Shown: positions 37,881 through 51,452 of the stretch, in pieces
Position numbering within the stretch: position 1 is the first letter of the stretch
Layout: each line of letters opens with the position of its first letter
Origin: Lama guanicoe
Taxonomy: Eukaryota
NCBI GenBank assembly: GCA_013239625.1
Contig: MU053994.1
Coordinates: 1,057,775-1,121,774 of the forward strand
DNA: 64,000 bases
Direction: 5' to 3'
Notes under the pieces: model-generated
Told to the model about the DNA's origin: nothing
Seen by the model: the letters and a program-made list of their open reading frames with translations, nothing else
Database searches by the model: none
Translations under genes and position numbers: made by a program

Positions 37881-38729
37881 GTTAAGTTAAATGAAAGCCC
37901 AAGGAAGAGCCAAACAGCTGGGGAGGGCAAGGCCTAGAGGGCTCTAGGGTAGTGAGGGAACCAAGATTTCCAAGAGAAGCAGGACCTGGCTGACCTGGGG
38001 GCTGGGTGGGCCATGGGTGGAGGACTTGCGCCTAAGAAAGGGAACACAACAAAGCCCAAGAGGAGGACAACGTAATGTCCACTGGGGATCCAGCAGCCAC
38101 TTCACGTTCGAGAACAGAGCCAGATCCTACCGGAAAGATAGCTCAAAGCCAGGACTGAAGGGAAGCAAATGCCCGCCTGCGAAGTCTGGGTTGTGTCTAA
38201 GGGGAAGTGGACAGTTCAGTGCAGGAGAAGGATTGCCTTCCTTAACAAGCAGTTACCCAGTGTGTACTCTCCGAAGAGAAGAAATGTTTCCAACCTTCAG
38301 AGAGAAATGAAAGCAGTGTGTTAGAGAAATTTGTACAATACTGGCATAGCTTTTAGTTTCTACTTTTGAAACATTCTGATAAATCAAATTTTTTTTTTTA
38401 TTTTCAGAAGGTATAATTCCTCTGCTCTTTCGGTTGTCAAGTTTCTTGGTTACTGTTATTTTCTGTGTAGCCCTCAAACTTCAAAAAAGAATAAAATTCT
38501 ACTTCCAGTGAGAGTTAGTCTATGAGATTCTATCCTTTATACTTTGATAGTTTTTCCTCCTTCTGAGAGCCTCAGAAATCTGCCCCGATTCTTCAGAAAG
38601 CACTAAATATGGGTACATTAGTCAAGTGAACGATAAACTGTGATACCAACATGGTGCTAGATAGCAAATGAACTTTCTAAAACGATTATATTTTGCCCTG
38701 ATTTAAGATCCTTAAGTCTTACAACTCAT

Positions 38730-39310
38730 TAAAAGAAAGGTTAACCAGTAAATGGAAAAATGGGCAAGGGGCATGAAAAGGCAGTTCAAAGAACTGCAAA
38801 TAGCCATAAGTATGTGAAAAATGTTTCCCATTCACTCATATACTTCACTAACATTTAAAGAAATGCATATAAGAACAGACCCATCACCGCTTTTCACACC
38901 TGAAAATATTTGCTACCATCCTCCATTGGTGAGGGTGTAAGGATTCTTGTCCAGTGTTAATGGCAGTGTAAATTGGTGCGTTTTCCCAGAAGGACAATTT
39001 GGCATTTGCTTTCACACTATAAATGCGTACAGTTCCCGACCCAGCCATTCTACTCCTAAACGTCTCCTACAGATATATTCTTGCTCAAGAGTTTCAAGAT
39101 GTGTGTAAAACAATCTCCACTGCAGCATTTTTTGTTGTTCGAGTTTTCTTTTTCTGTGTAAAGGATCTCTGCTGCAGCATTTTTTGTTGAGTTTTTTCTT
39201 TGTATTTTCTAAAATAAAATCTAGATCATCTAGTAAGAGGGGGGTGGTTAGAGTCACTGTGCTATCTGCAGATACTGGACACTGTAAAGTCATAAACCAA
39301 ATGGTATAGA
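38730..39310 (+). mobile_element. L1ME-type fragment
   Basis: gaaaaatgggcaaggggcatgaaaaggcagttc…gtgtaaattggtgc…gacccagccattctactcct. Confidence 0.7.
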
Positions 39311-41199
39311 TCAGGGTGTGCTGTTGTGGCCTTGGCCATGATCTATACCCTTGGAGACCCACTACATCCTCCCTCATAGACTGATTTGGTCCTGGAAACC
39401 TGGGCACTAAGCAAAGGGCTGTTTCATGAAAAAGTACCTACATTAATCTTACTGGGTAAATCATGTTGTACTCTAATCCAACCTCAAATACCCAAAAAAT
39501 GCTTTGCAGATAGAAAAATAAATCAATTGAACTATGAAAACACGTTTGTGTAAGCAGTAAACATCAGTTTGTAAGACTGCACATAATAAAGGTCCATTGT
39601 TCTTACCCATAGGGGGACGAGACTTAATAGTCCATAGTGGGCAGTGGAGTGGGGCGCAAGGGAGCCGTTCCTTGGAAGGTGAATTCTGCTTTCTGCGCCA
39701 TTTTCTTCACTTTTCTGTGGCTCATAGTTATCTTGCCCTGAGATGGTTCTTAAAGTGTAGAAAAACATTGTAGAGGCAAAGTAAAGGCTAAACACAGGGT
39801 GTTTTGATCACGTGGAAAGAGACACGTGAACTACAGACTGAAGACGTGTGGAAGGAGCCTGGTCTTCGCCCCTCTTGCTTGGTCTGCATACATAAAACAC
39901 AATGTTTTGGCTTCATCCAACATGATGCACAGTTCAAATCAGTTCAATACAATAATCTCCAACTAGAAACAGTTGTTATTCAAGTAAAGTGGTGAGTGTG
40001 TCTTTATCCAAAACCATAGTGTCAATTCTCATCATAGTGCATTTATTTTAGCATGTTTTGTGGAGGAAAAGTCATTATACTGATTTGCAAACGGTATTGT
40101 CTCCCAAAATGGCATGGCTTTTCAAGAGTAGTTATGGAAAAGATTAGTAATTCAGTGAAGAAGAAAACAAGCAAGCTGCAGAACACAGTACAGCCTGCTT
40201 TTAAAAGGACACATACCCATAATACCTCCATGTTTCCAGAGAGAAAATTCTGAAAGTGTAGACAAGAAATCATAGCAGTGGTCTTTGGGAGGGGGTGGGC
40301 ACAACAAAGACTTATTTTCACAGAGTAAAAATTTAAATAGCCATGGAAGATTTTTTAATAAAAAACAGGCAAAAGACAGACTCCTTCAGTGATTTCCCAC
40401 AGATTCGAGTCAGGAGTCAGAGAACCCTGAAGGATCTATCTGTGCACACAGGCATCACACCCATGCCCCTGTGTGCCTCATTATGGCCCCACCAAACCAC
40501 TTGCCACTCCCAGGATGCGCTATGCATCCCTGAACTGCTGTGCTTTTGTGTTGTTTCATCTCTCAGGAATGCCCTTTTCAAATCCATGTATCAGAAAACT
40601 CCCTCTCATCCTTCAAGATCTAGTTTAAGTGCACCTTCCTATTTGATGTCTTTTCTGACCTCCCCACAACCCCAGTCCCTGGGATGAATGCCTGTGATTC
40701 AGCTCATGTACTATGAGCGGCTCCTCCTGGGCCATGCCCAGCTGCATGGGTTACCATTTTCCAATCTGAGGAAGGGATGGCTTAAAGTAGGGTATAGGAT
40801 GCATGCAACACCTGCTCCAGTCTGGGTGCAGAGTTCACTCCTACATGTCAAGGCACATTCTCCCAGCTTTCACTCATCAGAGCCAAACAACTGCTTCCTG
40901 GACCCTTTCCCTTAAAGCTGTTAGACCAGAAGCCAGGGGCTTGTGTCTTATTGGCTTAGTTCTTCCTGGGACCAGGAAGATGGGGCTCTGACTACTGTGG
41001 GCTCACCTACTTTATTTTACCTGATAAGTTAATTCTTCAGAGCAAGCTTCCCTTGGGTTATGCTGGCCAATGCAAAGTTAACCTTAGATTCCTAAGAATA
41101 CTCTCCATCAAAACATTCAGCCTCAGTTTATTTTTTTAAACAAGGAGAGAAAAATAATCTATAAAAAGATGTTCCTATGACATATGCAGAAGTCTGCTT

Positions 41200-42425
41200 C
41201 ATCCTTCATGTCCTCACACCCAAGGTTAAATGATCTCAAAACTATAAGAAACATTCACTACATAACAAGCAAGAGTAGCCAGTGAAATTCTAAAAAAGAA
41301 AAACAATACAAGGACACTGACCCTATCAGACATTAAAATACACTGGGATTTCTCAGCAATTGAAAAAGTGCTTGAATGAAGAATGATTCCAATGGAAGAG
41401 AATTATGAAGTCCAGAAATTAAACCAGGTACATGATGTTAGTATATGATAAAGATGTCATTTCTAGCTGGTAGACTCATGAGGACTTTAGACTACTGGGC
41501 TGTAATCTAAGAAAAAAAAAATACAAAGTTGGATCTATACCTCAAACTGTACAACTGGACACTAGAACAAGTTCCAAATGAACTGGAGATTTAAATGTAA
41601 AAAAGAAACAAGAAAAGAAGAAACCATAAAAGCATTTCAAGAAACATGGATAAACAGACAAAGAATATACACAGACAGCTCACACACAAAAAATCCCAAT
41701 ATAAACGACCCCTAAAATATGTAAGAACATACCCAGCCTCAGTCATAATTATAGAAATGCAAATTACACTGAGGTATTATTTCTCACCTCTCAGACTGGC
41801 AAAAATATAAATGCTTAACAACACATTCTATTGGTACAGTTGTGGGGCAGCAGCATTCTCACACATTACATGTGGAAATGCAAACGTTCTAACCCATATC
41901 GAGGGCAAATTGACACTTTCAGAATTACAAACGTGTTTACCTTTTTGGACCTATTGCATAGATGCACTTGCCCATGTAAGAAATGACATATGTTCATAAT
42001 TATTCATTGCAGCCCTGTTTCTAATTAGAAAAGACTGGACACAACCCAATCGCCATTAGTAGAGTATTGGTTAAATACACTTTGTCACATCCACACAATG
42101 GAATACTATGCAGTTGCTCAAATGGAATGAAGGCATTCTTCCTTATGTACCAATATAGAAAGTCTATAGGTCATATTGTGAAAGAGTCAGAACATCACAT
42201 ATAGTATGTTTCCTTCTGTATAAGAAACGGAGACTCTAAGAATAATTACTCATATTTGCTTGTAATTGCATAAGGAAGCACAGGAACACAGTTAAGTAGT
42301 ATGACTGGGTACCTAAAAGGGACAGAGGAAGGAGCGGATGGAGACAGTGGTGGAAGGGATATGTCTTTCCATACTATTTTAACTTTTGGCTACTGTGAAT
42401 GCGTTTCCTTTTCAAAACTATAAAT
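41200..42425 (+). mobile_element. L1ME-type ORF2 end and 3' UTR
   Basis: gaaatgcaaatt…cagactggcaaaa…tattcattgcagc…atccacacaatggaatactatgcag. Confidence 0.75.
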
Positions 42426-43529
42426 AACACTGTAAAACATCCTCTACAGAAAACTTTTGCCAAAGTCAGGGCTAAATAATACAAGGGTGGAGCAGAGCTT
42501 GTGCTTTGGAAAAAATTAAGTTAAATGTGTTTTGTCGTACTTTTAACTTTGTCTCCTTATTAGACAATCCTTAGCTTGGTGTGATGGCTCTGTCATTTGT
42601 CAAACTAGGATGTCAATATTGTCTGGGTAAGTCTGGAGAATATTATTAGGTCCATAGATTAGAAATAGAGATCCAAAAAAGTATAACATATTTCCATCAA
42701 TAATTCATTGAGAATCTATATGATGGAGGATGGTTGAGTACTGTGTGGGTAAATAAAAACGCGATTCTTGGCTTTAAGAAAGTGCCATTTGATGACCAAA
42801 AAGCAATCATTTCCAAGTGTGAACTTACAATCAAGATCTCCTAAGAGTAAGCCATTAAACATAATGATTGTGAGGGAAACATACCTTGGAATCTTGCTCA
42901 GGCTATGTGGCCCTGAAGCTGATTTTATTCTACACTGTACCAACCCAGGTTTTGCAATGGTGTTCTGGATCAGAGGAGCGTCATAATTCAAGCTTTCCTT
43001 TTCACGTCTCTATTAACATCTTTTTCTTCACCTTCAGCATCGGGGCTTGCTCTGTCCTCGCTCTGTCTTTTTGCCAGCACGTCTCCCTCTCTCTCCATCT
43101 CTTTGACGCTGTTCAGTCACCTAGAAAGATGTGCAGTGGCATTCACACGCGATGATTGGCGTCAGATTTCCCTCATTACTCTGCCATAGAGTCAGCATTG
43201 AAATCGATGGGAAACCAAGTGCAATCACATAAAATTGATTGCCATTTGGGTCCTATTGATTATCCTGCCAAATCTACGACAAGAAGAATAGCTGTGCTGG
43301 ATGGCAAAAAGGCAGTGACTCCACATGCTCCGGCTGCCGTTTGAGGCTGGCTAAAATAGCATCTGCCCCATTGATCTAGATCAGAAAATAAAAAAGAAAC
43401 GCCCTTACAGAAAAGCAGGCCAGCAGAGGGAAAACATTTATTCTTGCCCACTAACGATGGCCTCTTAAACTTACCTTCAAGGATAGTCATTCAATAATGC
43501 TCCTTTTTTAACCTCAAAATTTTGAAAAC

Positions 43530-46500
43530 TGAGGACTTCCGGGACCATCTTGGACGAAGTCACTATAGATGACCCTCTCACTACACACACAGAGTTGCTG
43601 GATAGAATATATTAACAGTAACTTGTAAATAGATAGCTTAGTTCAAAGTAAAGGAAAGCAAATCCTTACAAGTGCAAAACTAAGAGGGAATCAAAGGCAA
43701 GGCTCCATGGGTTTGGGGTGGGGATAGGGTAGAGCATCAGGCCCAGATGTAGGTCCTCGTGGCCAAGTATTGGGATTTAATGGCTTTATAGGGTAGAAAA
43801 TGTGGCCTTGGGTCAATGCAAGACAATGAGTTGGGATGTATTTCATTTTGTAAAACCAGACTTCCAGAAGAGCTGTCCCCTCATTGAAGGCAGACTAGAA
43901 AAACTCTCCTGCTTAGCCCAAGGAGTTAACAAGGAGATAGTCTCTGCCCACAACTTTAAATGGATTAAAAGTTGAAGAAAATAAAGCCAAAGGTTTCTGC
44001 TGTAAGTCGATGTGGAATATGAATTTTCACTACCTATATGGTATGAGAACCCCCAAGCTGAGAAATCAATATAAAAACTGATTCTAGAACAAACCTGAGT
44101 CACCTGGCTAAGGGAAATGAAAACACATTCTGTAGGGATCACTCTACAATCCAGGACACACGGAACTTCAGAAATGTGGTGGTTTAAAAAATATTGGCCA
44201 AAATATTCCTGATATTCCACTGAGAGGTGGGGTCCCTGCTATGTCCCTTCACTTAATTCCAGGCAGGCTTGTGACTTTGACCAACAGAGTACAGTTGAAG
44301 AGATGCTACATGATTTCTGAGCTAGACTTTAAGAGGCCTTGAACCTACCACCTTTTTGCTGAATCATTCATGTTGGAGTCCTAAGCCTCTGTGTAAAGAA
44401 GTATCACCATCCTGCGGCTGCTGTACGGGAGCAATCACATGTAGGTGTTCCCACCTACATGTCAGCTGAGCTGTTGGCTAACAGCCAAAACCAACTGCCA
44501 GCCCTGTGTGTGAGTGATCTTGGATGTCATCCCCAGTAAAGCCTTCAGATGACTTAAGGCCCAGTTGGCCTCTGACTGCAACAACATGAAAGAACTCAAG
44601 CAAGAACTACCTAGTCAAGCTCTTCCTGAATTTCTGACTCACAAAATCATGAGCAACACAGTCATTTTAAACCACTATGGTTTGGAGTAATTTGTTTGTA
44701 GCAAGAGATAACCAGAAATAAGGGGAAGAAAATCTCTGGTAAAGAGATGCTAACACAAATTATGAATATGCAAAGAAAGGATCTTCAATGAAGGAGAAGT
44801 CCACAGACAATATGCAGGAAGATGATGAGAACTGGGAACAACGTAATAATCTAAAAGAAACTATATGTGAGGTATGTTCAAAACAAAGAAGTTTGACACA
44901 TAGTCTGTTAGTGAGATTGTAGAGAATAAGGCACTTTCATGCATTGTTGGTGGGGCACAAAATGTTCTAATCCTCTATCCTCTATGAAGAACAATTGGAT
45001 TATATCAAAATTACAAATGTAGTTACCGTTTGACCCAGCAATCCCATTCTGTGACTCTATCCCATAGGTATGCCCCAGTGCTTGTAGAATGACATGACAC
45101 TATAATGTTATTTTTAAGAATAAAAAGCTGGAAACTATCCAAGTGCAGGGTACTGGTTAAACAAACCATGATAAAGCCTCACAATGGAATGCTATGTAAT
45201 GGCGAAGGAATGAGGTCATGTTTTTATGTGCAAAAAATAAAACAAGCCACTGTTAATATAGTGTATGATGCTGCCTTATGGTAATAAAGGGAGAAAAATC
45301 AGAATATACAAATATAAGGATTTCTGAATATATAAGGAAACACTGGAAAGATACATAGGAAACTGCTAAATGAAGTTACTGAGGGAGGAATGTGTTTTGA
45401 TTTTTAAGCTATATAAATGAGACTTTAAATTAAAATCCAATGTCTATTAGACACAGCTGAAAACAAACCCATGAAAATTACTTATAATTCAACCAAGAGA
45501 AATGAAGAGGTGGAAAATATGACCGAAACATTAAGAAACGTGGAGGCAAGGACAAGAAAGTGCAACATACATCTAATAAGAGTTCCAGAGGCAGAGACTA
45601 GAGAGAATGGGGTAGAGATCGAAACAGTGAAGCTGCAAAATACCAAAAACAAAGAAAAAATTGTAATCAGGGAAAAAAGTCCAAAGGACAAAAATTAGAC
45701 TGAAAACAGACTTAACAACAAAGTCAGATCTTCAACTGTTAACCTCAATTCTATTCTCAGCTAGATTGAGTTCATTCAAGATTGAGTCAAAACTAAGACA
45801 TTTTTAGAAAAAGAATGAGAGAATTGACACTCATAGATCTTTGCTGAAAAAAACTCTAAAGGATATACTTCAATAAGAAGGAAATGGAACCTAGAAGGAA
45901 AAAATGGGATGTAAAAGGCAATGCAAGTTGTCATTGCTCAACATGGAGTCCAAATCTAAATAAATATTAACTATAAAAACAGTAACAATGGCAGTGAGCG
46001 ATGGGAGGTTAAAAATAAGGGGCAACTAAATACTAGACAACAAAAACATGGAAGGTGGGAGGATTATGCTTTGGGTTTGTGTTCCCAGGTGTTATCTCGT
46101 TCAGGAAGGTGGAGATACTAACTTTTTTAGGTCAAGTATGCATGTTAAGCACTTAATGGTTCCCACTAGAAGAACAGAAATGGAATGATAACTTCCAAAT
46201 GAGAAGATGAAAAAAGAGGAAGCAATTTTTTTTAGAAAGATCAACTGAAAAATAGAAACCAAGTGAAGGCATGGTACAAAGAAAATGTAAAAGATGCCAT
46301 TAGAAATAAAAATATATTAGCAACCACAAAAATATGTATGAATTCAACTCACTTATTTCTCACCTCAGTTTTTTTTAATCCAGGAAAACTCAAACACAAT
46401 GACAGAAAAGGGCTGAAAGTAAAGGGATGAAGAAGATATATATGCCAACCAAATAACAAAAAGAAATCAGACATAGCAACATGTACACCAAATGAAATAA

Positions 46501-46870
46501 TCTTTGAGTCAAAAAGGCATTAATTTGAGATTAAGTAGCTCATTATGTAATAAAAGGAAAAGTATAACAGGCATATAGCAGTCATGAATTGGAATGCATC
46601 CAACAACAGATCTTCCAAATATATAAAGCAAAAAAATCAACAATATTGTATAGAAAATTTTAAAACTCTGCAATTAGTGGGGAATTTTAAAACATCTCAT
46701 TCAGAAGGACATAGATCAAGAGGTAAGCTTAAGTGTATAGAAGAGTCAAACAACACAACAAGCATGATTTATTGAAAAGTGCACAACTAAAGCCAACAAC
46801 CTGTGAATAGGTATTTTTCTTAACACCTGAAACTGCTTACAAAAATTGACTACGTACTTAATTATAAAAA
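43530..46870 (+). mobile_element. Ancient L1/HAL1 fragments (5' region, ORF1, start of ORF2), interrupted
   Basis: ORF1p-like EEVENMTETLRNVEARTRKCNIHLIRVPE (45471-45698); EN-like NASNNRSSKYIKQK…VGNFKT (46584-46775). Left boundary uncertain. Confidence 0.6.
44176..44720 (+). mobile_element. MLT1 (E-H type) MaLR LTR
   Basis: tgtggtggtttaaaaa…gcaggcttgtgactttgaccaacagagtacag…ttttaaaccacta…tttggagtaatttgtt…gataaccagaa. Confidence 0.8.
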
Positions 46871-49800
46871 GCCTCACTATCAAATAGCATCTTACAACCA
46901 GGAAAAAAATGATGATATAGAAATCATTACACTACTTTCCATCATCTATCATTTGACTTAGTGTTTGCTCACACGTGTGTGTGTGTGCACATACCAAATA
47001 CACGGATCTTTGGAGAAGAGATGGAGAGTGGAAATTTTCTAAGAAATAAAGGTTATTTTTTCCTGTTTGCTTGAGATACCATCCCCTATGATTTCACCAT
47101 CCACGTGTTGCTATTTTCATTGTGTTTTTGAGCTGTGCAGCTGAAGGGTGGTATTGGCAACATTTGTTCTACGTATCTATGAATAAAATTTGTGAGCTCT
47201 CAGTTTGACCTCAACTGAAAGTTTTGGTAGCAAGGATGAAATGGAGGTAGACAAAATAAGACAAAGAGTTCTTAAAAATATTTTTTTCTTTCTTGTCAAC
47301 ATATTTAAACATTCTCATTGGCACTGTAATCTTACAAGAAAATAGCTGAAATAGAGAGACTTGTTGCTTTATTAAACATTTCCCTGATCTTAAGCCTGCT
47401 AGCTTGACAGCATAAGAGAACCTGCATTGGCAGAATGATGACAAATAATGAATTGAGTCTGACCTCTTTCTCTATCACAGGATGAGCTGCCACACTGATA
47501 CGGTAGAAAGATGTCTTTGTTTTTGTTCCTTTATACAACAAGCTCAGTACAAACTTCTATAGTTCTGAAGCCTATAATTACCGCCTTATATGTATGACAA
47601 GTTTAAGAATTAGGACTGGCTTTTTAAAGTTTCAGATGTTACAATTTCCAAACAATATTCTAATGGTACATGACTGGGACTTGGGATGAAGATCTTACCT
47701 ATGTGTCAGGAAGCCAAAGACTTACTCCCTAAATCTGTCCCGTAACTATAGAAACTTTGGGGTCACTGATACAATTTTAGAACCTCAGTCCAAAGCTTAT
47801 AGCATCAATTGGTGTGCAGTGTTGAGACTTGTAAACCTATTATACTGGGCTGAGTTGAGAGTAGATCAAGAATGCAGACCAATAATTATACACAAAATAC
47901 ACATACAGACATGAGGCAGATTAGGTGATGCTCATTAATTCCTCCAGGGCCACCTAGCTGGTGAATGACATTTCAGCATTTGATTTATTCCAAGGCTTAT
48001 GTTCTTCCCACATGATACTGCTTTATGCTGTACAAGCTGTATATTTTGAGCTAAGAATTTAATTCACTTGAAGGTACGTTTTGTATCAGTACCAGAATCC
48101 TTAGCTACCTTGCAAAAGAAAGCCAATGGTTGTATCATTTAAGTCTCAGAAGCAGCTCCATTCTCCCACATTTTGAAGAATGCATAACCAGATTTATCAA
48201 ATTTCATGTAGCAAAGCAAATGTAACCAACCATAAACAAATCTTACGTTTCAGTTTGCAGCAACTGAGCTCTCTAACTTCATTTACTCACTTATTTGTTC
48301 CTTTCTTTAACATTTATTAGATGTCTGTTGTGTGCCCAGTATCCCATCAATGTTAGAGAAGATAGAAGTTACACCTTCAATTGCCTTTTATCATGTAAAA
48401 ACTTGTAACTCAGCTGGAGAAAAGCAATATACAAATAGACACTTGAAAACAAAACTGTAGACTGGTTCTATGATCATACATAGATAAATATGAGACACAC
48501 TTTAGAATTCAAAGGGAAACGTCACTAAAAAATGGTATTGAGGAGGGAAGGCTTAACTGATAAGTAGAATCATGAAGACTTGAAGAGTGTAATTTAGTTC
48601 AGCTTGGCGGGCAGCTTGGCTTTATAAAATAGCAGGAACCCTCTCTGATCTGCTCAGCTGACACAGGTTTCCGTCTTTTGGTCCCTGAGAACTTACCAGG
48701 CTGCCGGCCTAGTTTCCAATAAGCAGGGGCTCTGTCTTCTCATCGAAGCATCTCTGACACATGGTAGATTTCACGTGTATCTGGTGAATGAATGAATGGC
48801 AGGTGAATTTTGGTTGAAGGACTCTGTTGGGATGTATTATGATTTTATATACTCTTGACAGGTGACTATTCTGCCAAAATAAATACTGCTGCATACCCTG
48901 GGTGAAAATTACATGTTGTACTGCCTTATTTTATTTATGATATAGATTTAAAAAAAATGGTGCGTCATTTTCTAGGTGTTGACTGGGTAGCTCTCATCTG
49001 CTTTAGTTATCCCAGGGTTTACTGCTTTGCCAGATTTGGAGAACATCATGGACATATTTATGTTCCCAGCTAACAAGACTTGTAAATAGAATTTTATTCA
49101 TTTTTGTAAAGGTTTTTACTTTTAAACCAAATTGAGTAAGTATTTTACTGTTCAGTGCTTAAATGAGAGCACAAGTGCCCTGCCACTGACATTTACATTT
49201 CTTTTCCTATTTATTGTATACTTCTGCCTCTTAGATAATATATGCCTGGATAAAGATGTCTTAGAAAGCAGTCTTGGGAAATCTGGTAGAGTACTTAGCT
49301 AATGGTTAAGGATTCTGTAATAAATGCATCAGACCTAAATATTTTTACAATAGCTTCTAGTTGGGGCAAGATCATGATGGCAATATGGTTTTTTAATCTC
49401 TCCAAATCCCTTCATAACTAAGACAGCAGAAGCAGCGGCCCACAGGCAACATCTTCAACAAAAGCAAAGGACTGGTATGCCCATAAACTCCAGAACATAG
49501 ATGAGTGGGTCCAAACCCTGAGAGCAGCAGGACCCCGTGGGTTTAATAGCTGTGCAAGGTTAAGAGAGGGAGGATCAAGGGGGTGTTCTGATCATCTTAG
49601 GAGACCCAGGACACAGAAATTGCCAACAAATATTTCCAAAAGAGTAATTCCACTTCAAGTGGAATGCTCAGGAGGCAGATATAAGAACAACATGAGAGAA
49701 ATCCTCAGAATTTCCATTTGCAAGTAAGTCCAGAAAGGACCATGAGAATCCACTAACAGGCTGTCACAGGGTACTAAGGTGAATTAAGCCCACAAGAACC

Positions 49801-49973
49801 TCAGAAGTACACAATAACATCTCCCATCCCTGAAAAATAATCTTGCTGGGAGTGAAACCCAAGCAGGAGAAGTCAGAACTGGTGGGGACAGAAGTTTGAC
49901 ATATTGACCAGAAGTTCAGAACTGTGCGAGTGGCTACAGACAGACTTTTTTTTTTTTTTTTAATATTCCTGGG

Positions 49974-50134
49974 CAGGACCAGTTATGTTATCTGCAGAGC
50001 ACAGTGCAAAATGGAAATCCAGAGTCCCCTGCTTACAAATGATCAAAAATTTCAAGATGTTAACAGCAGACCATGAAACCCAGAGCAGGACCCTATGCAA
50101 ATGTACAGCCCACATGCCCGTGAAGCCAGCCCTC
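49974..50134 (-). mobile_element. MER45A-like hAT-Tip100 fossil
   Basis: Ends caggaccagttat… and …gcccgtgaagccagccct; internal cagtgcaaaatg and aatttcaagatg. Confidence 0.8.
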
Positions 50135-50163
50135 CTTGTGAGTCAAAGCAGGAAGGGAGCCCT

Positions 50164-50722
50164 TGAAGGAGAATTAATAAAATGGCTGCACTTAGGCTAC
50201 CAGATTGCTTATTCTTATGCTTGCTCTTAAAGCGGTCAACTGACCTGACTGACCAGTTGCTACTCACAGCTCCAGGCCCATTGTTAAAATAAGACTATTA
50301 ACTTTACTATTTATGCTTTATTCCAGTAATTAAAAGTAATAATCATACTTGGTTTCTGAGTTGCTCTCCAGGGAGAAGGTCACAGAACTTACAAAATAGA
50401 CTAAATACCAAGACCACCTCATGGTGGGCGCTTATAATCAAAACTGCTAGCCTCTATAGAATTGGTCGCCTGGAGACATCATGATGCCACTCTAAGTCTT
50501 ATGATGAGAAAATGATTCTGTTGATTGTTTATTGTCTGAGCTATGGTTACATAACCACCCTACCCCATCCCCAAGGTGGGTTCACAATTTTGAAGGCACT
50601 AGTCAGTTGTGTGTCCCCTTTGCCCAGCAAAGCAATAAAGCTGCCTCTTTTCTTCTAAGCTCCAAGACCCTGTCTCTGAGTTATTTGGCTTCTCAGGGAT
50701 GGGGGCCGATCTTTTGGCAACA
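50164..50722 (+). mobile_element. ERV1-class solo LTR
   Basis: TGAAGG…GGCAACA ends, AATAAA near 50634, 4-bp flanks ccct/gcct. Confidence 0.75.
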
Positions 50723-51452
50723 GCCTGGAACAGGGAAGCTAAAGCAGCAGCTCTGGTGTGTCCCCTCCCCATTCAGGAGCCTTCTCCTAAAGGCACAGGA
50801 AAACTCACCTCATTTAAACATGAGCAGTAGAAACAGATTGTGATCAATGATCACAATGATATTCTAAGGAAAAAGAGGAATGAATCAGGTAACAAACCAA
50901 CAGATGAAGGCACAGCAGAAAATTATGATGCAAAACCTGTTATGCAACACAAAATTAGGTTAAAAGAAACTAAGAAAATTATAATGCTATGAAAAAGTGT
51001 TACCGAACTCAAGTTTGTGTGCCTCATGCACACAGGTGACCCCAAACCAACCAAGAAACGTCCAAGTTTGAAGAGAAAGGTTTCTTGCAGGGACAAGCAA
51101 GGAGAACAAATGAGTGGCTCATACTCAAAAGACTCGAACTCCTGGAAGGGCTTCAGCTGAGCCTATTTAAAGGCCAGGTGAGGGAGGGATGTCCCAGGAT
51201 ACGTGAAAAGCTCATGCCCAATTCTGATTGGTTGCTAGTGACCAATCCTTAGGCGCCAGAAGGTCTGGGGGCTACACTCGTGCTCATGATCATAAGTAGT
51301 TAATTTCTTCCACTTGGTGGTGGTTTTAACATCTGAGAAACTCAGGGAATATGCATCAGATACTGTTATCTAGTACTTAAGAGAGGAGCTACAGCAGAAT
51401 ATGGGAGAGGGGTCTGTCCTGGGAAGGCCCCAGAGGGCCCTGATAGGTTACA

